Source: Octopus sinensis (taxonomy: Eukaryota). From it: DNA of 64,000 nt. The DNA is taken from the NCBI RefSeq assembly GCF_006345805.1, contig NC_043021.1, forward strand, positions 12,834,001-12,898,000, in the 5' to 3' direction. The notes beneath the pieces were generated by a model that worked only from the letters and a program-made list of their open reading frames with translations, made no database searches and was not told where the DNA came from. The translations under genes were made by a program, and so were the position numbers. This document shows positions 15,401 through 27,116 of this stretch, one piece after another; positions within the stretch are counted from its first letter, which is position 1; each line of letters begins with the position of its first letter.

Positions 15401-15770
15401 TCAGTTGATCTTTCTACTCAGGATCCTGCACTTTGAGAACTGCCTGTGTTCATACTTAGAAGTCCTGTCACCCATGAACACTCAGCACCAAGCCATTAAA
15501 CCTTTGGTCCCTAAAGACACTCCCTTGTGGACCCATGTTTGCGTCAGAAATAATGCAGTGAAAAGTCCTATTGCATGCTGGCACTCTCAGACAAAACATT
15601 TTACCAGTGACTTTAATGGGTTTAGAGTCTCCATTGACAGACTAAAAAGGGCCTTCACAGATGCTCATACCCTGGATCCACAAACACCCACTACTCACAC
15701 ACACCCCACCTTCACGACAACCTGCAGTGGTCATTATATCCATTGGCCCAAGAGACTGCAATGCTATTTT
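12480..15770 (+). pseudogene. Gypsy gag-pol remnant (many stops and frameshifts)
   Basis: gag LPSKVQVIL..ADKILE; protease-like FLDCTTDFSIL; RT PKTAVTTPF..FEFLTMPFG..NAASTF..YAYIDDLLIAS; RNase H LVVDA..RYSTF..KLFAIYLSVKYF..TDLKPL; integrase HIHIDLVGP..YIDHFTRWP, GRQF, YHP..GMVEHFH. Confidence 0.93.
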
Positions 15771-16337
15771 TATATGAACTGGCCCTTAGTGCCTGTTATC
15801 GTCTTGCATTTTTTCTTAATGCATTCCTGTTTTCTTTTTCCTGTATTTGAATGTTTGTTACCCTTTCATGTATGCGATGTATTTTTCTTTTGCTTTTTCT
15901 AACATTTGTTATCTTGTTTAAAATTTTTCAATACTCATACACACATGCCTACACCCAATAACACACATTGCACCACATTATGGCTTCATTAGTTGCCATC
16001 TCATGCTATGTGCCCTTGCTTCTGTTAAACCCCTGGTTGGTCACGTAATTAGTAGAGAAAGTTACCTGTCTCTTGCAACGTGCCAGCATGCCAAACTTGC
16101 ACTTCCGCCCATTTTCCAAAGCATATCATACTGAATGCATCCTGCAAGAAAATTTTCAATGACATCATGGATTGTGAAGCGCTCACTCATACTGCTTCAG
16201 TTACACGACTGGCACATTCAGCACTCATGTGCATGTATGAATATTTTGCCTTTATTTCCACTTCTGTGAATATTTTGCCTTTGCTTTGCATTTTCCATTC
16301 CTCCTGTTTGTTTGTATCGGCTTTCAGTCTGCAGGAG

Positions 16338-16921
16338 TGTAATAAGATAGGAAAGATTTGTTTTGCCACTGTGACTTAATTCAGGTGTGCTTTGGCAGAC
16401 GTCAGAGAATCAGAGCTGGCAGTGTAGTAATACAGGTAGGAACTTCCACACAGCAGTATTGCGCACCTCTTTCAAAGAGCTACTTAGTTGCGGATTTGAC
16501 AGCCATAGGGACAATATCAATTTTTCTGCTATGAGACTGTTACAACAATCATAATCATAATGTGGCGCAACTCATTTCATTTTTTTATCAGATTTCCCTT
16601 TGCAGCTTATAAGCACCAAACTTAAATACATAGTAAGTCATGGGAAATTCATTTATGTCTCGCTACACATCTCTCATTTTTCTAATACTCTTCACTTTTT
16701 AACATTTACACACCAACCTAAAAAGAATGCTTATTACTTCAGACACGTGTTTGTTACACTAAAAGAATAAATTACTATGCTTTATAAAAAAAACATGCCT
16801 TCTGACATTTATTTCTTCATACACTTCATTACACGTTATGTGACATTGTTATCTTCAAACACATTACATTCGAACACGTTGCAACTCTGAACCTTGATAC
16901 ATTGGTGACAAACCCACTAAA
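16338..16921 (+). repeat. Gypsy 3' LTR (584 bp, with internal insertions)
   Basis: Starts TGTAATA, ends CACTAAA, then the TSD; roughly 8-10% different from the 5' LTR over the first ~140 nt (counted by eye). Confidence 0.9.
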
Positions 16922-17929
16922 CAGCATTAGCCTTCTCAAACTGACAAAAGAAGCTAGTCATCAAATCCAACAGGGTTTCCTATTTTTGGCCTCTCTCTTA
17001 GGCTGAAATCACCATTTTCGAACTTTGCAAACCATCTTCTGCAACTTCTTTCATTCAAGCACTTTTCCCCGTAAACAGAATGGATATTTTGGGCTGCTTC
17101 GGCTGCATTGTTTCCCTTTTTGAACTCATAAAGCATTATGTGCCTTAAATGCTCCTTCGATACATTCATTGTTGAGAGGGTAATATTAGTAAGAAAGTCA
17201 GTCATATTATTCTGTAAAAAGAAATTATTTAAGTTAAAGGTTTCCAAATTCATGAGTATTAACCAATACCATTTGACATTTCAGAGTACTGTAAAATTTG
17301 ATAGAGATTACGTATATGATATTTCGGACATTATATATGGGATGACCTGATATTATAGAGGGAAAACTTTTCTTTCTTTCCTTTCGTAGATTTTTGAAAT
17401 AGAGTGTTAACTTCTATTTATCAAATTTAATTTACTTCTGTTAAAGAGAAATGTAATTAGGTGATTTAACTGCAGGTGATTACTTAAACCTGCACGCTCT
17501 TCAACCAAGGCAGTCAAGTATAAATAATACATTTAATAAAAAGAGACATTAATTAGCACAACTATTTTTTTTTTTACTTTAGATTCAGGAAAAGGATAAA
17601 ATAAAAACATACCTACAAGAAATTATAAACGTCTATATTCTAAAAACATTTGCTAATATTTCAATAAAACAGTATCACAATAGGGCTAAGAAGTTGCCAA
17701 GGCTGAAGAGCAAGCAAGAAACTTCTTAGTATATTTCAATAAACATGCTAGAATAGGGTTAAAGAATCAGAAGGATCTTAGTGAAGTTAGGGTTCCCATA
17801 ACAATAACAATAAAACACCTTAACAAAAACATTACACAGATCGTATAGCTAGTAAAGATTGCTACTTTTAGACTCATTGACATGAGCAAAATTGAGATGT
17901 TATTCTATGTGAGTGATTATATTGATTCC

Positions 17930-18043
17930 ATAGTGTGCATGTATGTATATATATATATATGTATGTGCATATATATATACAGACATATATGTATGTATAT
18001 ATATGTGTATGTATACATATATGTATATACGTATGTATATATG

Positions 18044-18094
<51 letters not shown>

Positions 18095-18232
18095 ATACAT
18101 GTATATATATGTGTGTGTGTGTATATATATATATATATGTATGTATCTATATATGTGTGTGTGTTTATGTATATACATATATGTGCATGTATGTATATAT
18201 ATGCATACATAAGTAAAATATTATTGAAATTT

Positions 18233-18265
<33 letters not shown>

Positions 18266-18350
18266 TTGTGTATGTATATATAATGTGCGTATATGTGCGT
18301 GCGTGTGTATATATATATAAATAAATACAAACACACACACACATTCGCAC
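17930..18350. repeat. Compound (TA)n/(TG)n microsatellite
   Basis: Direct inspection. Confidence 0.95.
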
Positions 18351-18457
18351 ATATTTAATAAATATTTACCCAATGCAAAAATCACATACAGTCCATTATT
18401 AACCTCTTCTTAGTCAACTACAATCAAGCATCTGCCATCAATATATAAAATGTCTTA

Positions 18458-18669
18458 AGTTGATTTGCTGGCAGGATCGTTAGTATACCAGGCCAAATGC
18501 TCCTGAGCATTTCATCTGTCTTGACGTTCTGAGTTCCAATTCCACCTATGTCTAATTTGCTTTTCACCCTTTGGTAGTGGGTAAAAATAAGTACTAGTTG
18601 AACACTGGGGCTGGAGTAATCAATCTACCCCTTACCCGAAATTGCTGGCCCTGTGCCAAAATTTGAAAC
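18458..18669 (+). mobile_element. SINE (family B, GCTGGCAGRATCG head)
   Basis: 19-bp TSD CAATATATAA(A/T)ATGTCTTA (18439-57, 18670-88); homologous to 35646-35857, 49500-49880 and 52625-52771. Confidence 0.8.
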
Positions 18670-18980
18670 CAATATATAATATGTCTTACTGGTACCACAA
18701 CATTCAGATATATTAGCCTTTAAAATGGCTACAAATGTAAACTGAAATCAAGTCACAGACTTCAGTTATAACTGACACACACACACACACACACATATGT
18801 AAGCAGAATTACAAACAGTGACATTGTTACAGATCTACATTTTTTTTCTTGTATAACAGCGCAACACTGAGACCCAGACAAAACACACCAAAATCAATGC
18901 CTTCGTTTTAACTGAATACAATGGTTTTATTCACATGCTATAGAGAGCTCTGCTGTAGCTTGGAGATCAAATAGATACAA

Positions 18981-19020
<40 letters not shown>

Positions 19021-19034
19021 ATGTGTAAATATAT

Positions 19035-19328
19035 GGTGCATCAGCAATTTCTTGTTTTGAGATATACTTAACCAGCCAATCTACGCAAAAGGATAAAGCT
19101 CATTCCCATAATACAGACTCAGAGGGCCAGTTTCTTTGATTCCCTGGCATGTATACTATACCCTGGATGGGACATCAGTCCATCGAAGGAATACACACTT
19201 TTGTCAGATGGGTGAACTGGAGCAAAGTGAAACCGAAGTGTTTTGCTCAAGAACACAAAACATTGCCCAGTCCAAGAATCAAAACCACAATCTTATGATC
19301 ACAAGTCCAACACCCTAACCACTAAGTC
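19035..19328 (-). mobile_element. tRNA-derived SINE (family D-like head)
   Basis: Minus strand reads TAGTGGTTAGGGTGTTGGAC...GTGTTCTTGAGCAAAACACTT; similar head at 21870-22200. Confidence 0.7.
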
Positions 19329-19604
19329 AGAGATACAGCACATAACATTAAATGCATACAAACAAATAAATAGTTACATTTTAAAAGACAATTCAAAACT
19401 GGACAAGAAAACATGGGAACCCCAACAAAGTAGAAAGGAAGGACACCAATATAAAGGACATAGGAGAAATGAAATTGGGTACATTTTTTTCAACTGATAC
19501 AAAGCGGCAACATACTTGACTGAGCTAAATTCAGTACATGAACTAGAAGTAATAAAATTTAAGGATAAGGCACTGAATTTGGTGATATTACCAAAATAAA
19601 ATTA

Positions 19605-19955
<351 letters not shown>

Positions 19956-20446
19956 CTACAATTAAGACAATAACTAATATTAGTTACAGTAACAGATGTT
20001 AGAGCCTACAAGAAATTTATTAGATTATCTAACCACTAAAGTAATTTGAATTGAGGACTTTGCTAAATTACCCACCTATTAATGTGGCCTTCTTTAACGA
20101 CTGATCAAACAGACCAAACTAATAGTCTTTAAATGCTCAGCTCCCCATAATAGTTAAGTAGTATTTTTCTTTTTAGTTTGGGTTAAACCCTATTTCTGAA
20201 ATACTGAGGAAGAATGCTAAATAGCATTTTGCTTAATTATTGAATAAATTCTATCACTCTTGAACAGTAACAAGAGTAGTATCTTCCACTGCAAGGTTTG
20301 TTTTGGCTAACTCTATATTCTGATAGTATAAAGTAACTCCTTTCTGAAATTCCCTGTTAAGAAATCTTACTTGCCTTTTTTCCTTTTTTTTTATTTTAAT
20401 TAGAGTCATCTTTTCTTTATGACTTCTTCAATACCACCTTCCTGGA

Positions 20447-20662
20447 CCCTTTTACATTCAAACCAATCATATCCAGCCTAAATATTCTATTTTATGTAGA
20501 AACCAACCAGATCAAGCCTCTCACACCTACCCTACAATGTTATTCTAAAAGTAAACAATCACATCATCAAAATCCTAAAGCTACGAGGTAATACACGATT
20601 ACTTCAAATCAACTTGAATGATTAAGCATTACATTTGATTGAGTAATGTGAGTGCTAAAGGG
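20447..20662. mobile_element. piggyBac-like MITE, second copy
   Basis: CCCTTTTACATT ... TGCTAAAGGG-TTAA; internal similarity to 31180-31382. Confidence 0.6.
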
Positions 20663-21242
20663 TTAATGTACAACTGTTAATCTTCTAGGTAACCATATTA
20701 ATTTCTAATTTATATGCAACAGGATAAGAGTGGTAGTCCTGCTTGACATCCTCAATTATTGTGCAAAAGCAACTTCCTCAGTTACTGAGCAATAAGCTCA
20801 GAGTAACAGTAAATAACAAAATGCTCTATACCTCCGACTAATGTAATTAATAAAATACTATTTTTTCAGAATTACTAGGTTAAAAAAAAAGTCATTAGTC
20901 TTCCTTACCAAATTCTTTAAGTAGTCTTAACTAAAAAGCAATGATAGTATATAATAAGAAAGTCCTTTAACCTACAATCGCAAGGTCCTTGATTTCCAAC
21001 TGGCAACATGCTACATTACACATACTGTGTGTGTAAGTGAGATCACATGTGCAACAGCAATTGTACAAATTCATCAGTGTCTAAGTAGGTGATTTTGATG
21101 TGTATGTGTGTGTGTGTCTGTGTGTGAGTGTGTGTGTGTGTAGGAGTGAGAATGCATGCACATGCTCGTGTGCATATTTGAATATTGTGGGATTTGTAAG
21201 AGTACGAAGGACTGTATGAAAAGTCAGGAATAACATTACCAC

Positions 21243-21434
21243 CTCGTATCCTTCACCATCGCCATCATCAGGGAATTTGCTGGTTGTCTTAGTTTTTTTC
21301 TTCTTAGCTTTAGTTCTCTTTGTTCTTCTTTTACCAGCATTTGCCTCAGCTTTACTGTCACTGATAATGCTGGCTTCTTCTAGCTGACGTTCAAACTCCT
21401 CATCACTTGTATTAAAACCAGCATCTTCATCATC
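21243..21434 (-). CDS. CHD4: Mi-2/CHD coding exon 7 (DDEDAGFNTSDEEFERQLEEASIISDSKAEA...KKKTKTTSKFPDDGDGEGYE)
   Basis: Acceptor gaatttttag|GAT, donor GAG|GTGGTA; 192 nt, phase 0-0; the join gives GYETDHQDYC as in vertebrate CHD4. Confidence 0.92.
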
Positions 21435-21869
21435 CTAAAAATTCAACCATAAATGATCAATACATTTCAAATGAATAATTTCATTCAATTTCACAAAAGG
21501 AAAAGAAAACTTAATCTTTCACTTTTAAACTACTCCCACCCAAAACAGTCTGTGTGTACCTGTTCATATTTAGAGCAAAATAGCAACACAGACTTTATTA
21601 CTATATTAGTACAGGCTTGGTACATCATTTGGCATTGTACAACATGGTTCTTGGAATTACTTCGCTTTTTTTTTACTGCAGTCTTCTATGACCTATTTTT
21701 TGAAAAGTTATGAATTTCAAGGATTTTCAAAAGAAACTAGGAGTGCACTAAATAAAAAGAAATGCAACAAGTATAACTGCATGATTCCATAATTTGACTT
21801 GATAAAGCAATTTTAAAATTTATGTAACATTTAATATTTTAAATTACTGGTTGAGTAACAAATTCTGCT

Positions 21870-22200
21870 TCGCTATACTAACTGACACTCCGTCAGTTAT
21901 GACGATAAGGGTTCGGGTTGATCTGATCAATGGAACAGCTTGCTCATGAAATTAACATGCAAGTGGCTGAGTACTCCACAGACATATGTACCCTTTAAGT
22001 AGTTCTCAGGGAGATTCAGCTTGGACACAGGATGTGACAAGGCCAGCCCTTTGAAATACAAGTACATACTACTCATTTTTGAGAGCTGAGTGGACTGGAG
22101 CAACGTGAAATAAAGTGTCTTGCTCAAGAACACAACATACTGCCAGGTATCAAACTCACAACCTTATGATCATGTACCGAATACCCAAACCACTAAGCCA
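21870..22200 (-). mobile_element. tRNA-derived SINE (family D-like head, different tail)
   Basis: Minus strand GGCTTAGTGGTTTGGGTATTCGG...GTGTTCTTGAGCAAGACACTT. Confidence 0.7.
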
Positions 22201-23543
22201 TCCACCTTCACATCTAGTTATATTAGTGAATCAGTGTGATGTCTGAATTCATTTCCATTTGTAATCTTTTGATAAACATCATTTCAAGCTATTTTTCTTA
22301 TACGTGTCATCTCTTGTATGCTTGGGAATTCAATGAAAAATCCAATAATGTGCACAAATCTTCTTTGAAATCCCAGACTACACTTTTTTTTTTATAAATC
22401 CCAACTCAATATCAACAAATAACTTCACATTTCACTAATTTCATCTATACTTACCTGTAATTAGGATAGTTTTGAGATAACTAGCGCTAAGAACCTTTTG
22501 TTGTGTTCCAAATGCCATTTTATGAAATCTACTTACATTCACAATTTTTTTTTTTTTTTATAATTTAATTGAAAAAGAGTGGATGTGTTCTTTGAAAAAT
22601 GAGGAAATGATTAAACAAGCCTGAAATCACATGAAGATGACATGATATATTTGTAACTATTTCTATGGGGACGACATTGACTAAAGAGCAAAACACTAAT
22701 TCAACAAAATGCCACGAATCCCTGAGAAAAACGAGAAAATTGAACTTGTAAAATTCTATCATTAACCAAGAATCCACTAAGTTCTACACTAAGGCAGATG
22801 ACAATCTTCAACCTGAGAAAAGACAAAGAACATTTCGAAATTATTCTAATACCATTCTGGAGTTGAAACCTATCCATTACACTGACCCCCACTCAATACC
22901 CAATATATAGTAAACTTGTACATCAGGATATTTTAAATTCCTTTTCTTTTGCCTGCTTAATTTCACTGGTCTGTTTCTCTAATAATATTCTTATCACAGA
23001 CTGTGTATATTTTTCAAGTAAATGTTCTTACTACAGACTATGTATATTTTCAACTAGGTGATTTATCCCTGCCTGTATATAACTTCCCCACTGATATCAT
23101 GTAACTTTTACAACAATAACTCTCCCAAAACCAGATAGCATACTCTCTTTCTCTTAAATTCTAAATTAACCCATCATCAGAAATCTACCTGGGAGTTGTA
23201 CCAAACATTCAACATTATACAAACACGTATATATATATAAACATTCACTCTCACACACATACAAACAAATCCTCACATCTACATTCAGAGACAGACATAG
23301 ACAAACAACAACAACAACAACAAAAAGTAGGACGTAACAGCGAAAGCCAATAACTAAGAAAGGTTTCACTATATGTTAACCTACCTTAAGGATAGCAGTA
23401 AAACCAGAACAGCATGGTTTTACTATCTATGAACCTACCTTAAAACAGGGCAACTGATAGAAGCCTTATCTATCTGACTGGGTTGACTCGACACATTCAA
23501 TTGACATTGAATGATGACTGAATCAGAGGATAGAAATACTCAC

Positions 23544-23716
23544 GGTACTAGCCTTCCTTCTCTTTTTCTTCTTAGTTATTTTTATTTTCAATGGAGCTAC
23601 AGCTTTCTTAGTTTTGGTTTTCTTAGTTTTTGTAGGGCTCCTCTCGTCCATTGGTTCACTTCCTTCACCTTCTTGGTTTTCACGAAGCACTGCATCCAAC
23701 TGTTCATCGTCCATAG
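23544..23716 (-). CDS. CHD4: Mi-2/CHD coding exon 6 (A-MDDEQLD...KKAVAPLKIKITKKKKRRKAST)
   Basis: Contains the V.PLKIK motif of CHD3/4/5; acceptor ttcttgttcctcag|CT, donor ACC|GTGAGT; 173 nt, phase 1-0. Confidence 0.93.
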
Positions 23717-25026
23717 CTGAGGAACAAGAAATTGAAAATTACTTAAAATTCAATAAATGTCTTCACAAGCTTGTCCATCTTAGTTTTCCTAAAGTCCAGT
23801 TTTGATTTCCTGAGGGTCCCAACTACTGTAGCAGTAAAGAATTTTTCTACAACAAAGCTTTTGGAATGTTACAGCATCTTCATTTTAACATCCACTTTCC
23901 CATGCTTACATGGGTCAGTCAAAATTTGTTGAGGTAAATTTTCTGTGGCCAGATGAACTTGTCACCAACTCTCATTTGTTACCAAGTAAAGTACTATTTT
24001 CCCATGAGCAGACATGTTTTCACGGATGACTGGAAATGAAGGACACCGCTTGTGTTACTGATACTCATTTACAACTACCACACCATATCATGGCAAGGAG
24101 ACAGCAGACATATACGTCATCACCTTTTAATGTCCATTGTGCATACTGGAATGGCTTGGACAGTTTCGTAGAGAGTTGGCTAGCTGGAGGGCTGCCCAGG
24201 CTTCATTTGTCTGTTTTGGCATGGTGTCTGGATGCCCTTCCCAATTCCAACCACTTTACAGAGAGTGGGTGCTTTTATATGGCACTGGTATGGACACTTT
24301 TACAAAGTATGTATATATGTATGCAGACATGACAGGCTCCTTTCAGTTTCTGTCTACCGAATACATTGACATGGCTTTGGTCAAGCCAGCGCTTAGCAGA
24401 AAACACTTGCCCAAAGTGCTACACAGTGGGACTGAACCTAGACCCATATGGTTGGGAAGTAAATTTCTTATCCCACAGCCACGCCTGCAACTTACATGTA
24501 CATCTCTGTAAACTCAATACTATATAAAGAGGGAAACTGCTGTTTGAATGTATCCAGGTAATTTGCTGAATTTTGATGCATTTTTAATATTCGCTTATTT
24601 GAATAAAGAAAACTACACTGGCAATGGTGACACACACAAAAAAAATAATGATAAAACGTTTTACATCAATACATTAAATAATATTCATATACATAGAAAC
24701 AAGTCTCAATTGCTCTCAAAGCTACCATCTATAATTTGCTTTTCAAATTCCCCGTCACCCGCAAATCACAATCTCTCCGCTAAATACCTCTCTAATTTCA
24801 ATGATAGCTGAACATATGACAAAGGTAAATGTAATTTTAAATTTGATACATGATATTTTTTTTTTGTAACTATCCCATTGAGGGTTGCAAATACTTTTTG
24901 CTTTCTCCCTCAATGATCATCTTTTTTTTTGAGCCATCTCCAATAATTTGCCAACAAGAACATTAGATATGTCTCGGATTTAACCACCGAATCAAAAGAT
25001 GTTTGAATTTTAATAGTATACTTTAC

Positions 25027-25261
25027 CTCGCTGTTTAGCCTTAGACTTGTGAGGATTCTTCTCACAAAATTCCCGCCATTTTGCAGCCACAATGGTTATC
25101 AATTTTGCCATGGCAATTTTGGGGTTTTCTTTTGTGATCAACGGCCGTATAAACTGACTAAATGCTTTGTAATTATTCAGTGTTTGATAATCTTCTGCAC
25201 AGAATTCTACATCAACATTATTTAATCCATATTCAGCACAAATTTCATCCGATGTTCGTTC
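25027..25261 (-). CDS. CHD4: Mi-2/CHD coding exon 5, CHDNT domain (ERTSDEICAEYGLNNVDVEF...YKAFSQFIRPLITKENPKIAMAKLITIVAAKWREF)
   Basis: Matches the CHDNT motif (NYKAFSQF.RPLI...NPKI...K......AKWREF); acceptor ctttatcag|GAA, donor G|GTAAAG; 235 nt, phase 0-1. Confidence 0.95.
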
Positions 25262-25735
25262 CTGATAAAGGAAAGGTAAAACAATGCTTGAAATAAAGGA
25301 AGACATAAAGGATTACATCACATTATTATTAAAGAAAACTGGATAATAAACGGATATCATCAGAATATAAGGCTTATCAATTAATATCAAAACAAGAATT
25401 ATTTATCCGTGGATATCAGAAAGAAAAGGTATTTTCAACTTTTATTATTATAATCTTTACTATATATAAATAGTCAAAATCTCACCAGGAGTGTAACTAT
25501 CTACATATGCATTACATCATTTAATATCCACTGTCCCATGCTTGCATGGATTGGACATGATTTGAGACAAACTTTCTATGGCCTAATGCCCCTCCCATCT
25601 TCAACCCTCACTTGTTTTCAAGTAAAGTAATATTTTTCCAAAACACTGGAAGCAACCTCACTTGTATAATAATGGTACTCGTTTACAACCATCACATCAT
25701 GTCTAGATGAGAGTCTATGTATATATGTGTGTATA

Positions 25736-25768
<33 letters not shown>

Positions 25769-26297
25769 TCACACACACCTTTTAATTTTTAACTTTCTCT
25801 GTAGTTTGTCTGCAGCCATGTTGGAGCACTACTTTGAAGGGTTTGGTCAAAGAAATTGACCCCAGGTCTTATTTTTTGTAAGCCTAGTACTTATTCTATC
25901 AGTCTTTTGCCAAACCACTAAGTTACAGGGACATAAGCACACCAACATTGGTTGTCAAACGGTGGTGGACACTTGCCCAAGGTGCCATGCAGTGGGACTG
26001 AACCCAGAACCATATGTTTGGGAAGCAAGCTTCTTACCACACAGCCATATCTGCACCAGGCCTCCAACATAGTCTCTGCCTACCAAAGGATATAGAGGAA
26101 GGCACTAATCCAATGTACTGTGCAGAAGTACTGAACCAAAGACCAGATGGTCGGCAAGTAAACTTTTTAACTGCAGAGCTACGCCTAACCCAAATGCCTA
26201 ACAAACCTACTGCATAGATTTCCTTCTACCAGTCTACATTGAAACAATTATTGCAGCCATTATTTATTTGTATATTTTCAAAATTTACGAATTTCAC

Positions 26298-26390
26298 CTT
26301 ATCTTGTGCCTTAGCCTTTTTCTTTCTCTCTTTAGGAGATATTTCTTCAGCCTCGTGGTCAGATTGTTGAACAGCTGCCGAGTCGCTATC
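26298..26390 (-). CDS. CHD4: Mi-2/CHD coding exon 4 (DSDSAAVQQSDHEAEEISPKERKKKAKAQDK, 93 nt, phase 0-0)
   Basis: Acceptor atttctgttacag|GAT, donor AAG|GTGAAA; open and in phase with both neighbours. Confidence 0.88.
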
Positions 26391-26494
26391 CTGTAACAGA
26401 AATTACAAATAAGCAAATACAAAAACAAGTCTAAACTCTAGTTGAGTTATAAAGAATTTATAATCATTTCAATTGTTTTAACAATTACACTTTA

Positions 26495-27116
26495 TCGTAA
26501 AAACTCCTGTAGTTTACGCATTTTTTCGCAAAAATAAAAATAAATTTTAGGGGTGCATAATAACAGGAGTAGATCATTTCCAGATTTTTTTTCTTTTGTT
26601 GAAAAAAGACGTACAAAATGTAAACATTCGTATCAGAAGTCGACTCAGTATCAGAATACATTTTTACAGACAAAATAAGGGCCTAAATATAATGAAGTTT
26701 ACTTTTATTTATGCTGGACAGTATAATGCTTACTTTTTCTGGATAAATTTACTAAAACTACTTTTTCAAGTCTGACATTCATGCTGGTAATTACAACCCT
26801 GGCCATATTATTATAAACAACACAAACACTTTGTAATTTAATAGCTTTTAATGTGATACCTGTTAAGCAGAAATTATTTTTATTCAATGAAAATTTAATA
26901 AAATTTAATCATAAGTAAGTGAAATTATGCTAAATACAACTAAATTGAAAACCTTTTTCCCCTGGCCATATCGGCAATTCTGAAAACTTTTGGGTGCAAA
27001 TTTTACACAAGAAGATTTTGTGCAAATTTTACACGAGAAGATTTTTTAAACAAATTCTATCCTGAAAATCACTTGCGTAAATTACACAGGTGCTCAAATT
27101 ACATGGGTTTTTACAG
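26495..27116. mobile_element. Old pogo-like non-autonomous element in intron 3
   Basis: Imperfect TIRs (19/26) TCGTAAAAACTCCTGTAGTTTACGCA vs CTGTAAAAACCCATGTAATTTGAGCA; TA flanks. Confidence 0.55.

Larger units (their letters stand above)
11828..16921 (+). mobile_element. Full-length decayed Ty3/Gypsy LTR retrotransposon nested in the mariner
   Basis: Two LTRs; 4-bp TSD CAGC (11824-27, 16922-25); PBS-like TTGGTGAC at 12349 (TGGTGAC fits the tRNA-Trp 3' end); short purine run before the 3' LTR; gag-PR-RT-RH-INT order. Confidence 0.95.
11003..17350 (-). mobile_element. Decayed mariner DNA transposon (~1.25 kb once the nested Gypsy is removed)
   Basis: TIRs TCAGGTCATCC(A/C)ATA..TAATGTCCGAA at both ends with TA duplications (11001-02, 17351-52). 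Transposase remnants: MNVSKEHLRHIMLYEFKKGNNAAEAAQNI..YG..CLNERSCRRWFAKF (16930-17170); LDRLVIGDEK, HHGNARPHTA, PYSLD..PDYHL (11050-11820); stops and frameshifts. Confidence 0.93.

Noticed and set aside
17882-18350. ORFs rich in Y/I/V/C/H/T here and at 6013, 53339-53960, 56786-57210, 58034-58405, 59004-60100 and 63006-63339
   Set aside because: They are translations of dinucleotide microsatellites, which lack stop codons.
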